From NCBI GenBank assembly GCA_964016885.1, contig OZ024745.1, positions 114,204,001 through 114,268,000 of the forward strand: 64,000 nt of DNA. The letters are read 5' to 3'. The notes under the pieces are model-generated. The model did no database searches. It was not told the origin of the DNA and was given only the letters and a program-made list of their open reading frames with translations. Position numbers and translations under genes: made by a program. Of this stretch, positions 42,216 through 56,156 are shown piece after piece (position 1 is the first letter of the stretch; every line of letters starts with the position of its first letter). This stretch comes from Eledone cirrhosa (taxonomy: Eukaryota).

Positions 42216-42377
42216 ATAAACATAAATGTTATGAAAAAAATATGTACAATTGTCATTTCTTAACCTATCATCTTTTTCTAGCTTATTTTCTACTTATAAT
42301 TTCATTGCTGTCTAAAATATCACACAGAGGTCTTGTCTAACCTCATATTCTATAAAGATATCTGCATCTTATTTCAG

Positions 42378-42507
42378 CTACAATTGGAGCAATGATAACT
42401 GCTTCTCATAACCCTGTTGAAGATAATGGCATTAAAATTGTGGATCCTATGGGGGATATGTTAGTAGCAAGTTGGGAGAGATATGCAGCAGAATTGGCAA
42501 ATGTTTT
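42378..42507 (+). CDS. PGM3: PGM3 exon 3 (catalytic phosphoserine loop)
   Basis: [42 protein letters not shown]. Confidence 0.97.
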
Positions 42508-42629
42508 GTGAGTTTTCACTTTTTAAAATCTAATCAATCTTTTTATTAGTTTACTTTTTGACTATTTTTTTCTTTAACTGCAATAAATTGTGTAGTAATT
42601 TGTTGTACATCTTCCTGGTTGAATTCATA

Positions 42630-43690
42630 TTGTCTGTAGTGCTGGGCCACAATAAAAAAAAAACACCCAGTCCTCCCTGTAAGGTGGTAGTGCTGGTGCC
42701 ACAATAAAAACACCCAATCCACCCTGTAAGGTGGTAGTGCTATTCCACAATAAAACAAAACACCCAGACCACCCTGGAATGTGGTAGTGCTGGTACCACA
42801 ATAAAAAACACCTAATCCACTCTGTAAGGTGGTAGTGCTGGTGCCACAATAAAATGCTCCCAATATATGGATGTAAAGCAGTTGGCATTAGGAAGGGCAT
42901 TCAGTTGTAGAAACCAAACCAAAAAATGGAACATATGAGCAATATATGGTCCACTGACCGGTCTAGCCTCAGAACATACAACTTGTCTAACTCATGCAAG
43001 CTTAGAAAATAAATGTTAAACAGTAATGATGATGATGATATGGCCACTTACCTGGAGCATGATAATGTGGCAAATATAAAAATGTTTGCCCTCCCCAAGA
43101 ATAAAGGTAAAATAACTTACTGAATCCATCATCATCATCATCATCATTTAATATCTATTTTCCTTGCAAGCAAGGGTTGGACGGGTCTACATAGACCAAG
43201 TCAGTACTGAAGTGGGGCTACTGACCTTCCAGACAGGCCAAGGAGTCTGTATCCTGCTTACATATGGTCATTTATTCTAGCAAGTTCAGAGAAGTTGTGT
43301 CTTGTCTTTAACACAAACTAAAGGGCCTTCCCAACCCCTTGTTTGGAAAGCTTTCTACAGCTGGATACCTTTCCTAACATCAACCACTTTACAGCATGTA
43401 CTGGGTGTAGTTATCATGCAGATCATCAACACTAGGAAGGCTGTCACATCGTTAACACAACTAAAGGGTCTTCTCAACCCTTTGTTTAGCAAGCTTTCTA
43501 CAGCTAGATACCCTTCCTAAACCCAACCACTTTACAGCGTGTACTGAGTGCATTTATTGTGCGGATCACCAACACTTAGGAGGCTGTCACATCCTTAACA
43601 CAACTAAAGGGTCTTCCCAACCTTTTGTTTGGCAAACTTTCTATGGCTGGATACTCTTCCTATCACTAACCACTTTACAGCATGTTGAAT
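42630..43690. mobile_element. RTE-tailed SINE-like repeats with internal tandem subrepeats (+ copy 42630-43040, - copy 43125-43690)
   Basis: GTAGTGCTGGTGCCACAATAAAA-type units, GGCATTAGGAAGGGCAT block and (GAT)n tails. Relatives near 45530, 46680, 49755, 51505, 53520, 60985 and 61495. Confidence 0.7.
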
Positions 43691-43813
43691 ATGTTAGATA
43701 TATCCCTATTAATGTATTATTACTTAATATCAGGAAGTATTGCTAAAATATCTATCTAAAATACCAGAAAAGAATTATTCCTGAATCTGTTTTGTTTATC
43801 GATTTATTTTCAG

Positions 43814-43909
43814 AGATTCTGAAATAAGCTCTGAAATGATGAAAATTATCAAATCTGAAGCTATTGATATGAGTGTGAAAGGTTGTGTTTATCTTGCTAA
43901 AGATACTAG
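43814..43909 (+). CDS. PGM3: PGM3 exon 4
   Basis: DSEISSEMMKIIKSEAIDMSVKGCVYLAKDT(R). Canonical splice sites. Confidence 0.9.
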
Positions 43910-45911
43910 GTAAGTTTTGGGAAGTATTTCTTCGTAGTAGTTTGCTACTAGAATATCTAAGCAAGTCTTTTCATTCAGTTTTGTTGTTTTCAAAATACAA
44001 TGACAACTTTGTGGTTAAGCAATCAAATTGCAATAAAATTATTAATATTATTTTTACATTTGTCACAAAACCTGCAATTTGAAAATCAGCAAGATTTGAA
44101 TTATATGTTGCAAAGCATTTTGTCTGATGCTCTACCAATACTGCCAGATACTCATAATATCTAATATTATCCACTTGTGAAATAGTGAGAAAAACTTTTT
44201 TGCTGCTAACAGAAGTAGCATTTTTTAAAATAACTTTTATTCTGCTAAAGCTGTGGTCCTTATCCTGTTACTAGGATCACTTTTAGTACTAAGTATTTCA
44301 CTTAACTCTTTAGTATTTACATTACTCTACTATTATATTTTCACGGTAAAGGGTTTATTTTACATAATTATCTCACATAATATCAAATATATGAGATTTT
44401 GATATTCATTTTGAGAACAATACCTTAATATCAGTATGAGCAGCTGGTTACAGCCAGTTTGAACAGAAAGAGGTGAGAGAATTCTGACCAGATACGGCCG
44501 ATTTAGGAAGGGGGTAAACTTTAACCAAACTGAATACATATGTTTCAACCAAAACATATGTATTCAGTTTTCTATCTCCTGCACTATCCTTGCTTGTGTA
44601 GAGCTGTAAGTAAACAGGATTTTGTTTGAAAATTTACAGTTTGCTATTTGATATTTTCTTATATAGGTATACTTCACTCTATGTCATTAATTGGTTCCAG
44701 AAGTCAAGACTTCAGTCGACAAATGTCAAATTATCACTAATAGGCATTACCCAGTACTGTACTTTAATGTACATACAGTATATAGTATGTTTTTGATTTG
44801 TTTTTTTTTAGTGTTTTTTATGGTTTAATATTTTTGGCAGACCGATGTAAAATTGAGTCAGCCAACATAACAGGATGTTTTTTTGCCATATAATATTAAG
44901 AAAAACTGCCATAACTTTGAAAATGACAAAACTTGAAATGACGTAAGCTGAGGTATGCGTGTATAGTGAATGATGGAGGGGAATTGGAAGAGTGGTTAGA
45001 ACATTAGATAAAATGCTAGAATGCTTTGCAGTATTTGTTCCAATTCTCCTGAGGTTTAAATTAGTTGATTTATTTGGTTCTATCCATACATATACATATG
45101 TTGTCTTATATCGCTATTAGAAACCATCATTATGTATGGCATGGATAAAGTTTAATAAATTTAAATTTCCTCTGTTTACAATTTGATATCAAAACCTATT
45201 AGATTCAACTTTGCCTTAATAAAATATAGACTAAATTTTTCAGGCTGGATTTCATTGTCTATATATCTCTATAAATAGGCAGGCAATTGGCAGAATTGTC
45301 AGAACGCTTGATAGATGTTTTGCAGTATTCTTTCCAGCTCTCTGCTCTCTTCGTTCAAATCTCACCAAAGTCAACTTTGCCTTTCATCATCTCGGGGTCA
45401 ATAAAAAGTATCAGTCCAATACTGGTGTTGATTCTTTTTCTATATCTCTTTCTCACTTCCTGTTTCATTTTTTCTCTCTCCCTCTCCGGAACAAAGAGAT
45501 GTTCAGAGCTGGAGAGGAGATGGGCTCTGCCAGATTTAAAATACCCAAAGCACCCAGCCCATACTGTAAAGTGGTTATGTAGGTGTCACAACAAAAAGCA
45601 TCCAGTACACACTCTAAATGTGGTTGGCATCAGGAAGGACTAAACCCAAATCAGTTCTGTATGAGCAAGATGTAGTCATCTGACCTGGCTTATCTCACAA
45701 CAGGATAACTCGTTTAACCCATGCTAGCATGGAAAAAAATGAACGTTATATGATGATGATGATAATGTTGATGCTGTATGTCTCTACAATGCCAGCATGA
45801 CTCCACCAGGAGTTAAAGAGGTAGAGAGAGAGTAAGAATGAGGATTAATTTCTCACTACATATTTTTAATTAAGAATTAGATATCAACTTGTAGTTTACG
45901 AGGTTCATACA

Positions 45912-46106
45912 TTAACCCTTTAGCATTTAAACCAGCCAGAATTCTCTCACCTCTTTCTATTCAAACTGGTCATAACCGGCTGCTTATACAAACAATAAGG
46001 TATTGTTCTCAAAATAAATAACATCATCATGAAAATCTCATAGATTCAATATTATGTAAAGCCTTTACCATGAAAATACAATAGTATTGTAAAGGCTAAA
46101 GAGTCA
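45912..46106. mobile_element. piggyBac-type MITE
   Basis: TTAA-CCCTTTAGCATTTA terminus. Same family as 44302-44518, 48975-49190 and 62002-62229. Confidence 0.7.
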
Positions 46107-46163
46107 ATGAACTTTCAATAAACTATTAGATTTATTTTGATATCATGCTCTATTTTATTTCAG

Positions 46164-46237
46164 ACCTTCATGTGTAACCTTAGCTACTGGATTTCTTAAA
46201 GCGGTTGAAGCTCTCAATTCTGACTTCCATGATTTTG
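46164..46237 (+). CDS. PGM3: PGM3 exon 5
   Basis: PSCVTLATGFLKAVEALNSDFHDF(G). Confidence 0.92.
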
Positions 46238-47085
46238 GTACGTATAGCAATGACAATTCTCCATGTTATTTTTTTCACTTTGGCAAATTATTTATTTATC
46301 AGCAGCATTTATTTTATTGCCACATCAACATTTATTGGCCTTTATTTTTTCTTCTAAATGTCTTTAATAATTTATTTTATATATGATTAAAACAATGTTG
46401 TCTCTGATCAAGACGAAGCGAGAGTGTATTTGAATATATATAAAAATGAGAAAACGCATCACTAGAACTGCCATTAAAACAGCTAAATGCTGTCAAAGAC
46501 AGCTATGGACAAAAATGTATTTTATATTTCATCTGCCTGTTGTGAATTGTCTCTCTGTTGACCACTGGCCACTGGTCTCTGTCCTCTGAGGCATTTTTAC
46601 TCATCACTGTCTTTGACAGCATTTAGCTATTTCAAAGGCTGTTCTAGCAATGAGTTTTCTCATTTTTATATCATCATTTCATCATCATCTTCGTTTAACA
46701 TCCATCTTCCATGCTAGCATGGGTTAGACAGGAGTTGTCCCACTTGAGGCAAGGTTGGTCGGGTGACCGTGTCTCGCTCATATAGGACTATCTGGCAGGT
46801 TTTCTATGGCTGGATGCCCTTCCTAACACCAACCACATTTACAGTGTGGACTGGGATCTTTTTACCATGTTACCTACATGGCCACATTACAGCATGGACT
46901 GTTTTTTTGTCATGACATCTACACAATCACGATCTCGTTTATATTTATAATTTTTTATAGAAGTGTATTTACAATTCATCAATGTTTGCATATTAAGAAA
47001 AAAGAAAGAGAACAAAAATTAGATAGCAAAAATAAAGAAAAGGGAGAAAGGAGTGGCAGACTAACCCCAATCTAAGAAGTATATC

Positions 47086-47460
47086 TCAGCTGTTTCCTGT
47101 GAACAACACAGCAAAGGCATTGTCTCGGAGAAAAGCCAGTGACACCTGCTGCATCAGCCACTCTACCTCATGAAACTCCTTCCTCATGTGGAATGCACTC
47201 CTGCATTTGTGGATGAAAATGGCAGTTTCATGACCGAGGACACCAGATGTCTCAATAATGACCAGCATGTATGTATGGACTGAGGACACCAGAGCTCTCA
47301 ATGGCAACTGGCACAAAAAAGAAACAGTCAATCAATGCCTGGTATTTAGTTGTCTTCTGCTCCTCTGTGTTGTGTGTAGCAGCACCTAAGTTTGTGGATG
47401 GCACTAAAGAATGTGATGCAACATATGGTTTCCCAGATGAGTAACTTACTCTCCTTGAAC
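47086..47460 (-). mobile_element. RLE-type (CRE-like) retrotransposon C-terminal fragment
   Basis: IETSGVLG...EVEWLMQQVSLAFLRDNAFAVL. Confidence 0.6.
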
Positions 47461-47572
47461 CTTAAAGGTGGAATGCAATCTGTGGTCAGTCATTTTAACT
47501 GATAACAGTAGAATTATGTGCTTTGCCCAAACACATTTGACAGTGGCTGACATAATTTTTGTATTTTTGTAG

Positions 47573-47700
47573 GCCAGATGACAACTCCTATGTTACATTA
47601 TGTTGTTCGTTGTCAAAATACTCAGATGAGATATGGTAAACCAACAGAGAATGGTTATTACGAGAAGTTATCTACTGCTTTTCTTAAACTTAGAGGATCA
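47573..47700 (+). CDS. PGM3: PGM3 exon 6
   Basis: QMTTPMLHYVVRCQNTQMRYGKPTENGYYEKLSTAFLKLRGS. Confidence 0.96.
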
Positions 47701-48545
47701 GTAAGTATGAATCTTCATATGTATGACTGTCATCAGTGACTTTAAAGTTTGTTTTACTGTAATATTGTACTGTAATTCATTGGAGCACTTTTGAAAGCTT
47801 TGTTAATCATGTGGATCAAAGGTTGATATACTGAAATAGTTATGTTGTTGCTTTCTTCTGGCCTATGGGATCATTTGTTTCAGCAGACTAGATAAACACT
47901 CAGTTATAATGTCCTAGTGCCTGCAGAAGAGAATTGTATCTTCCTATAGTATTTATTAACCATTTCTCAAGACCAAAGTACTAAATCAGTGATAGATATG
48001 AATTGTTGGTGTATTCATTAACAGTTAAGCAACAATGTCTCCTCTAGTTTTTAGTAATATATGTATGCAAAAAAATCTCATGTTATGCAAAGATTTTTCT
48101 ATGACAAAAGTAAGTACACAGTGAATGCATAATTATATTCATTAAATACTATATTATTTTAAGCAACTAACCTTTGTGTGCACATAAATTTATTTTGTGT
48201 GCTGGTTGTAAAAATGTCTATGACAGTTTGGGAGTTTCAAATTTAACTTACATTAGGTATGCCAGCATATTAACATTCCTCAAAATTAGCTGAATGTTTT
48301 CTTTATCTTTACATGGTGTGTAAAGAAATAATTAACTGCTGATTATAAATTAATCATCTGCAAATTTCAGGGTTAGAAACATGAATTAGCTGGTTTAAAC
48401 TGAAAACTAAAAGATTTCTTTAGCTTTACAGAAAAACGTTTAGAAAATAAGAATGGATTGTGTTGTTTCAGCAATTTGTATGCAATATAGATATGATAGC
48501 AATGATTACATTCTGTTTTTGTTTTGTGTTAATTGCTTTAAATAG

Positions 48546-48701
48546 GCCTGCTCTTGTCCAGGACTGTATAAGCCTAAATTGGTACTAGATGCTGCAAATG
48601 GTGTTGGAGCTGCTAAAGTAGAATTATTAAAGCACCATTTAAATGATGCATTAGACATAGAAGTGTATAATGATGGCAGTGATGGCATATTAAATTATCA
48701 G
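48546..48701 (+). CDS. PGM3: PGM3 exon 7
   Basis: ACSCPGLYKPKLVLDAANGVGAAKVELLKHHLNDALDIEVYNDGSDGILNYQ. Confidence 0.95.
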
Positions 48702-48974
48702 GTAAGCTTTGAATAACTTTTTATTTTTTATTTTAAAAAAAATAATTGCTTCTACTTTAGGCACAAGGCCAGCAAATACCCAGTGCATTACTGGTACTTT
48801 ATTTTGTCGACCCCGTAAGGATGAAAGGCAAAGTCAACCTCGGCGGGATTTGAACTCAGATCGTAAAGGGACGTAACTATGCTGGAAAGCATAGCGTCCG
48901 ACTCTCTACCAATACTGCCAAAAAAATAATATTCAATATTTAGTTTTATTAGGAAAGAGAGGATGTATTCTTGT

Positions 48975-49190
48975 TTAACCCTTTAGAATTTAGACTGGCT
49001 ATATCCAGCCAGAATTCTCTCACCTCTTTCTGTTCAAACCGGCCATAACTGACTGCTCATACTTATGTTAAGGTATTGTTCTCAAAATATATAATATCAA
49101 AATCTCGTATATTGAATATTATGTGAGATAAAGTGTTTAACGTGAAAATACAATAGTAAATATAGAGTAATGTAAATGCTAAAGGATTAA
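48975..49190. mobile_element. piggyBac-type MITE
   Basis: TTAACCCTTTAG ... CTAAAGGATTAA. Confidence 0.75.
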
Positions 49191-50139
49191 AGTATCATTT
49201 CATTTAGTTAATAAATATTTATACAAAAACAAAACACTATTAAATAGAACAAAAAAAAGAGGAAAGGAAAAGAAGGAAGAAGAAAAAAAGAATTAAGCAA
49301 TGAAAGAAATGGAGAAAGGGTGGGTCAAACACTACACCCCAATCAGAGCGGTGTTTCAGCTGTGCCCTGCAGACAAAATAGCAAAGGCATACTGCAGAGA
49401 ATGGCTAGGGATACTTCTTATTTTAAATTTTGACTTCTTTCAAATGTGCACATATTTTGATAATTAGATTACTGTAGCCACTATATGATACATTTGAACT
49501 TAGAACTAATTCTTTCTAATTTAATGATTATCTTTTTTCTACATTTTAGATTAACTATTACATTAGACTTGGATTTTTGGACTCTTAAATTTTATTTTAA
49601 ATATATCAGTGTGTAATCTAATTATTTAATTTGGTGTTTTTATATGATGTTCTTTTCTATTATGTTGGAATAGAGAGTATTCTATTAAGTGTTGGTATAT
49701 ATATATTGTTTGGTTCTTGTGTGTCTCTGTATGTCTTTATCTTGTCCTATATATCATCATCATTTTACGTCCGCTTTTCCCTGCTTGCAAGGGTGGGGTG
49801 GGAACTGATTCTGGCTTGATTTCTACAGCTGGATGCCCTTCCTAACACCAACCTCATTTACAGTGAGTGCTGGGTGCTTTTTTTTCCGTGGCACCCACAC
49901 GTCCACTTTACAGTGTGGGCTGGGTGCTTTTTTGCCATGGCACCTCCACGACCACTTTGCAGTGAAATGATATGGACCCCAGTCCCTATCATCTCATTTC
50001 TACAGCTGAGTAAACTGGAACAATGTGAAATAAAGTGTCTTGCTCAAGGAAACAACACATCACCCGGTCTGAGAATTGAACTCACAACCTTTCGATTGCA
50101 AGGCCAATGCTCTAACCACTAAGCCATGTGCCTCCATGG

Positions 50140-50203
<64 letters not shown>

Positions 50204-51099
50204 ACAACGCGCACATATATATATTCACTAGATTCTGATAAATGTTTGAGTTGTCAACCAATACAATAGAATAGACAACTTGTGAAATTAGCATGAATTA
50301 GTGATGATATTGATATGTGTGTATATATATATACACACACACACATCAATATCATCACTGTTTAACATACATTTTGATATGTGTGTGTAACCGATGCTAG
50401 CATGGAAAAATGTATGTTAAACAGTGATGATATTGATATGTGTGTGTGTGTATATATATATATATATCTATATATATATATATATACATACACACACACA
50501 TATCAATATCATCACTGTTTAACATACATTTTCCCATGCTAGCATCGGTTACACACACACAGACACACACATATATTTTGGATGACCCCTCAGCTATGTC
50601 AGAGACAAGACAACCTACGTAGTGCTGGTGCTCTGATAAAATGCACTTGATTTAGTGCATTTTATAGCAGCAAAATTGGGGTCTCTAGCCTGTCTGAATA
50701 CTCGGTGAAGTGGAGGGGGGGGGGGGTCATATGTAAGCAAGATGCAAGCCCCTCGCCCACCTGAAGGATTGGTAGCTCCACTTAAGAATTGACTTGGTTT
50801 GTGACCAATTCAATCCTTGCTAGTAAGACAATCAGATGTTAAATGATGATGATGATGATGATGATGATATATGATATATATATCATTCATTAGGCTTGGT
50901 TTGACAAAAACTCTTTAAAAACCAATCAAATAGTATTACTAATTCAAGCCTTGTCGTATTGTGTCATTCTGAATCTCCCTGAGAAATGTGTTAAGTATAC
51001 ACATTCTTGTGGCATATTCAGACATTTACATGCTAATTTCACAAGTTGACTATTCTATTATATTGGTTGACAACTCAAACATTTATCAGAATCTAGTGA

Positions 51100-51148
<49 letters not shown>

Positions 51149-51448
51149 GGACAAGATAAAGACATACAGAGACACACAAGAAACAAACTAATAAAACAAA
51201 CAGATAGTACAAGCAGCCTGCTTGTGACAAGTAAATAAACGTATAAATAAATAAATAAAAACACACACACACACACACCCAGCTTCACAGAGAATCCTAG
51301 GCAGAATAAGAGTTATAAATAGTTGCACACCAATTAAGATTATCTAAATTTAGTATTTATTTCATTTTTCAATATATTCATGTGTTTATAAGTCATGTTT
51401 TTCTCAAACTAACAAGATTCACAATTTAAAATATTTTTCTTTTAACAG

Positions 51449-51491
51449 TGTGGTGCAGATTATGTCAAGACGCAGCATAAATTTCCTATAG
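51449..51491 (+). CDS. PGM3: PGM3 exon 8
   Basis: CGADYVKTQHKFPI(G). Confidence 0.95.
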
Positions 51492-52770
51492 GTATATTTA
51501 TATATATCATCATCATCATCATCGTTTAACGTCTATCCTCCACACTAGCATGGTGGGTTTAGATGGGAATTGTCCTACTTGAGGCAAGATTGGTCGGGTG
51601 ACCATGTCTCGCTCGTATAGGACTGTTTGGCAGGTTTTCTATGGCTGGATGCCCTTCCTAACACCAACCACGTTTACAGTGTGGACTGGGAGGTTTTTAC
51701 TGTTACCTACACGGCCACATTACAGCGTCGACTGTGTGTTTTTTTTGTCGTGACACCTACACGACCTCGTTTATTTTGGACTAGATGTTGTGGTACCAAC
51801 ATAACTTTACGGAGAAAGGGTGGTGGTGTGGGGGGGGTATATTTGGTTAAGAGGTGCCTACTGACTATGTATGTATATGTTTCAAAAAAACAAAATTATC
51901 TTTATTTTATATTTTATGAGGATAAGACTTTCATTATTCTGGAATATCTTCCATTGCTATATTCCAGACTGATCATTTGTCAGGTTCTCCGGATATATTC
52001 CTCCATAATTTTCTTGTTATCCCTTAGTCAGAAAGACAATAGCCAGTACCCTGTTTAGGCTCACCCCAGGTTAGTGAGAGTGGTGTGTTTGATGTTCTGT
52101 TCGAGCATCTGTAAATCAATGTCTGCCAGAAAAAACTGGTAAAAATTTCAGAACCATCTTAGATATGCGAGTCTTATTTAAACTTCATAGAGTCAGAGTG
52201 AAGTGTGCACTTTGAAGACTAGGTTTCCCTTTCTGGCCTTGGAAGAAGTAGTCTAGTTTTTGGGATGTAGATTTTGGCAATCTTACAGGAATGGAGATTC
52301 AGAATGATGCAGTTTTCGAGAAGAATTGGGCAAAATATGTCATCCAGGATTTGTCAGATCTCAAAAGAAAAGAGGGTAGATTGAAGTTCAATAGTATATG
52401 ATTATGAAATTGCGAGGTGTCAGCATTGATGTAGTTGTTATCAAAAAGACGGAGGAAGAATACTGTTATACAATAGTAGTAGTGATTGCAGCTTTGTAGC
52501 TGCTATAGAAAAGACAGGAATGATACAGTTCTACAGTAGTTGGTAGATTGAAGTTCATTAGTATATAGTTATCAAATTGAGAGATACCAACATTGATGTA
52601 CTTGCTATAGCTAAGACAGAGGAAGGATACAATTGTACAGTAGTAGTAGTAGTAGTGATTGCAGCTTTGTTTATCAGATGAATAATTTTGACTGTTGTAG
52701 TCCCTAGCATTTATTGAGTGTCTATTTCTTTTTAAAACAGTTTACTGATTTAATTATTTCTCTGTTATAG

Positions 52771-52851
52771 GTATATCATCTGAACCTGATCGCTGCTGTG
52801 TATCATTTGATGGAGATGCTGATCGAATTGTTTATTACTTTATTGATAAAA
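52771..52851 (+). CDS. PGM3: PGM3 exon 9 (metal-binding loop)
   Basis: ISSEPDRCCVSFDGDADRIVYYFIDK. Confidence 0.97.
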
Positions 52852-53024
52852 GTAAGATGTTATTTTACTGGTTTCAGTTATTGGAATGCAGCCATGCTAA
52901 ATTAAAGAGTTGTATTCCTCATATATACTTGGCATGTATTTCAAAATAGACTTGGCTATATGATTAAAAAGTTCTCTTCGTAACCACTTTCAAAGTGATT
53001 ATATCAATCCCAGTAATTTCACAT

Positions 53025-53310
53025 GGAGGTGCATGGCCTTGTGGTAATAGTGTTGGACTTATAATCATGTCATGGGTTTTAATTCCTGGACTGGGTTGTG
53101 TGTCATGTTCTTGAGCAAAACACTTCATTTCATGTTGCTCCAGTATACTCAGCTGAAAATGAGTACCAGCAATAGCTTGAGGTTTAACTCTGATTGAACT
53201 GACGTCCTGTCAGGAAGGAAGTCTTGTACACTCAGTCGCTTCACACCACAGAAACTGTGATAAACACCAGCTTGATGAGCCTTCAAGCTCGAGACAGACT
53301 TTATACTTTT
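53025..53310 (+). mobile_element. tRNA-headed SINE, family B
   Basis: tRNA-like head, GTTCTTGAGCAAAACACTT domain and tail GATGAGCC..CAAGCTCGAGA.AGACTTT. Copies at 54225-54485 (+) and 36722-36875 (-), related heads at 49985-50138 (-) and 54775. Confidence 0.75.
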
Positions 53311-54119
53311 AGAGTAATTTCTCTAGTATTTATTTTATCTTTTTTCTAAGATCTAAAATACAAAGTGAACAATATGAAAGACAAACATACCACCTTAAAA
53401 ACGAGGTTGCCCGCTACAAGTAACTGATAAATGGAATAGTTGTTTTTTTGACATACCCTCCATTTGAATTTTATGTGTATTCTAGTTTTTAGAATAGGTA
53501 CACCACAAACCTATATGGTGCAAGTGGTAATCAAAAGGGTGGGTGTCAGGAAGGGTATCTGGCTGTAAAACATTGCCTCAAAACATCCTATCCAACCCAT
53601 GTCAGCATGGAAAAGTGGACATAAAAATGATGATATATATATATATATCATTTTAAAAATGTTGGGCAAAGACAATGGAAAAATGAACAAATAACAGGAC
53701 AATCCCGTCTCATCAGTCGACCTCAGGAAGTTCTTTTGATTTCAGTGCCTTAAGGTCGATATCATTAACTCCAGCACACAGGATAATAACAAATGGACAC
53801 AAGATGATTGGTTTGCTGACTATTTACAAAGGAAATTAAATAAAATTCACTATAAACCAATATGCTACAACTGAAAAGAGATGGGGAAAAAGGCCCAACA
53901 TATTAGCCAAGAAGAGAAAGTATGCACAGAATGTGAAGTGGAAGAGACAGTTTGGCTTACCCCATTACACAGGAAGGTTGGTTAAGTAAATAGGATAGAG
54001 GGTAATGAATAAAGCAGTAGATGGTGGTTTTTGTTATTACAAAATCTTAATCAAATTACTTATTGATTATGTTAATCAAATATTTTTAAAATATATTTTT
54101 ATTTTTCATCTCTTTTCAG

Positions 54120-54163
54120 ATAATACATTCCATTTATTAGATGGTGACAAAATTGCATGCCTG
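54120..54163 (+). CDS. PGM3: PGM3 exon 10
   Basis: NTFHLLDGDKIACL. Confidence 0.95.
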
Positions 54164-55339
54164 GTATGTTTTTGTCTATTTTTCTTATCTCTTATTTAAA
54201 TTCTATATTTTTTCATTGGGTTTGCTCATTGGTTATGAGTTTAAATCTACCGTAAACCAATATATTGGGCTGTGTGTCATGTTCTTGAGCAAAGCACTTC
54301 ATTTCATGTTGCTCCAGTATACTCAGATGAAAAAGAGTACCAGCAATAGCTGGGGGTTTAACTCTGCGATGGACTGATGTCCTGTCAGGGAGGAAGTCTT
54401 GTACTCTCAGTCGCTTCACAGCACAGAAACTTGGATAAGCACCGGCCTGATGAGCCTCCAAGCTCGAGATAGACTTTAGACTTTTTTCTCTAGTATTTAT
54501 TTTATCTGTAGGACATTATATACTACATGCCTTATTTCTTAAATAGGAAAACTGGCAATAGGATTTCTGAACACTGAAATATTAGACTAATGTTTTCCTC
54601 TGATTAGATTCTTTATGGGAATTATTTGGTATTGTCAATCATTTAGTTTAGTCATTTACTTTTTTTATTATGCAGTAATACATAACTTATAATTTTATAT
54701 TATATTACTTAGAATTATATATTAATGCATAATTTATACTGATTTTCTAATACTTATAATTATAAACTAGTGTATGACTTAGTGGTTAGAGCATTGGATT
54801 CACAATCATCAGGTTGTGAGTTTGATTTCCAGACCAAGCAATACATTGTGTCCTTAAGCAAGACACTTTATTTCATGTTGCTTCAGTTCAATCAGTTGTA
54901 AAAATAAGTTGCGATGTCATTGGTGCCAAGCTGTATCTGTCTCAGCCATTCCCTTGGATGACATTGGTCATATGGAGAGGAGAGACTGGTATGTATGGGC
55001 GACTACTGGTCTTCCACAAAAACACCTTGCCTGAGCTTATGTCCTGGAGGGGAGCTTTCTTGGTGCAAAACCTGTGGTCTTCACTCTTTTACTTATTATT
55101 CAATTTTAGTATATGTTCTTCACCAAACTAAAAATGCAATGTTTCTGGATTAAATAAATATGTGTGTATGTGTGTGTGTTGAGCAAATGAAGAAATTGGT
55201 TATATTTTAAAATTTTATATTTACATTCAATAATGAAAGTATTTACATTCTCAGTTATATCTTTGATATCCTTTCATGTTTAAGTTTGATGACAGTCAAT
55301 TGATAAGGTCAGTTGTACCAGAACCAGACTTTAAAATAT

Positions 55340-56000
55340 CTACTCTGGTTGATATAATTGACTAAACTCTTCAAGACCGCAATCCAGTAAATGAAACTGG
55401 TAAAAGCTCCCTGAACTTCTTCAATTTTATTCTCACTCTGGCGACAACACTTTTGGTATATCCACCTCCATCGAGGAGCAAGACACAGATTAGTCACTCA
55501 TATAGTAAACCAGATAGTTCAGGAATGTGTCGTACCCAACAACTGGTGTAGTAGCATCTTTGTTAACTGCTACAAGGATAATGGAGGTGCACTAGAGAAA
55601 GGCAGTTACAGAGGTATCAAACTGTTGGATTAAGTTATGAAGGTTTCAGAAAGAGTAATAGCAAAGTTGATAAGGGATAGAATTAATTTTGATGTAATCT
55701 TCCTAGTGACACACATAGGAAGCTAGGGGTAGATGGATGGCATATGGAAACTGTACAGGGATGCTGTCAGCAAAGTGAGGGTTAACAATGAGTAGTGATA
55801 AATTTAACATGTGGGTAGAAGTCCACCAAGGATCATTTCTCAGCCTCTTTCTCTTCATTATAGTCCTCTAGGCCATAACAGAGGAATTCAAGACTGTTTG
55901 TTCATGGGAACTTCTGTTTGCTGATGCTGTTGCTGTTAGCCCTAATAGCAGAAACTGTAGAAGAACTAGAACAGAAGTCTTAGACATGGAAACAAAATCT
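55340..56000 (+). mobile_element. RTE LINE reverse-transcriptase fragment
   Basis: GSYRGIKLLD*VMKV.ERVI...VHQGSFLSLFLFIIVL...WELLFAD. Confidence 0.8.
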
Positions 56001-56119
56001 TAACAGAGTGCAACTATTTGCTCCACAGTTCTGCCTACTTAACAGCTATTGCCTTAGTCCTGTTCATATTTAACTCCCTTTGCTGTTACCAATTTTATTT
56101 CCCATACATCTCTCCATCA

Positions 56120-56156
<37 letters not shown>

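Noticed and set aside
53695-53770. Minus-strand CTGATGAG with a TCGACCT/AGGTCGA stem
   Set aside because: No GAAA follows stem II, so the topology does not fit a hammerhead.
54447-54475. CTGATGAGCCTCCAAGCTCGAGA as a hammerhead
   Set aside because: It is the 3' tail hairpin of family B SINEs and lacks GAAA and stems I and III.
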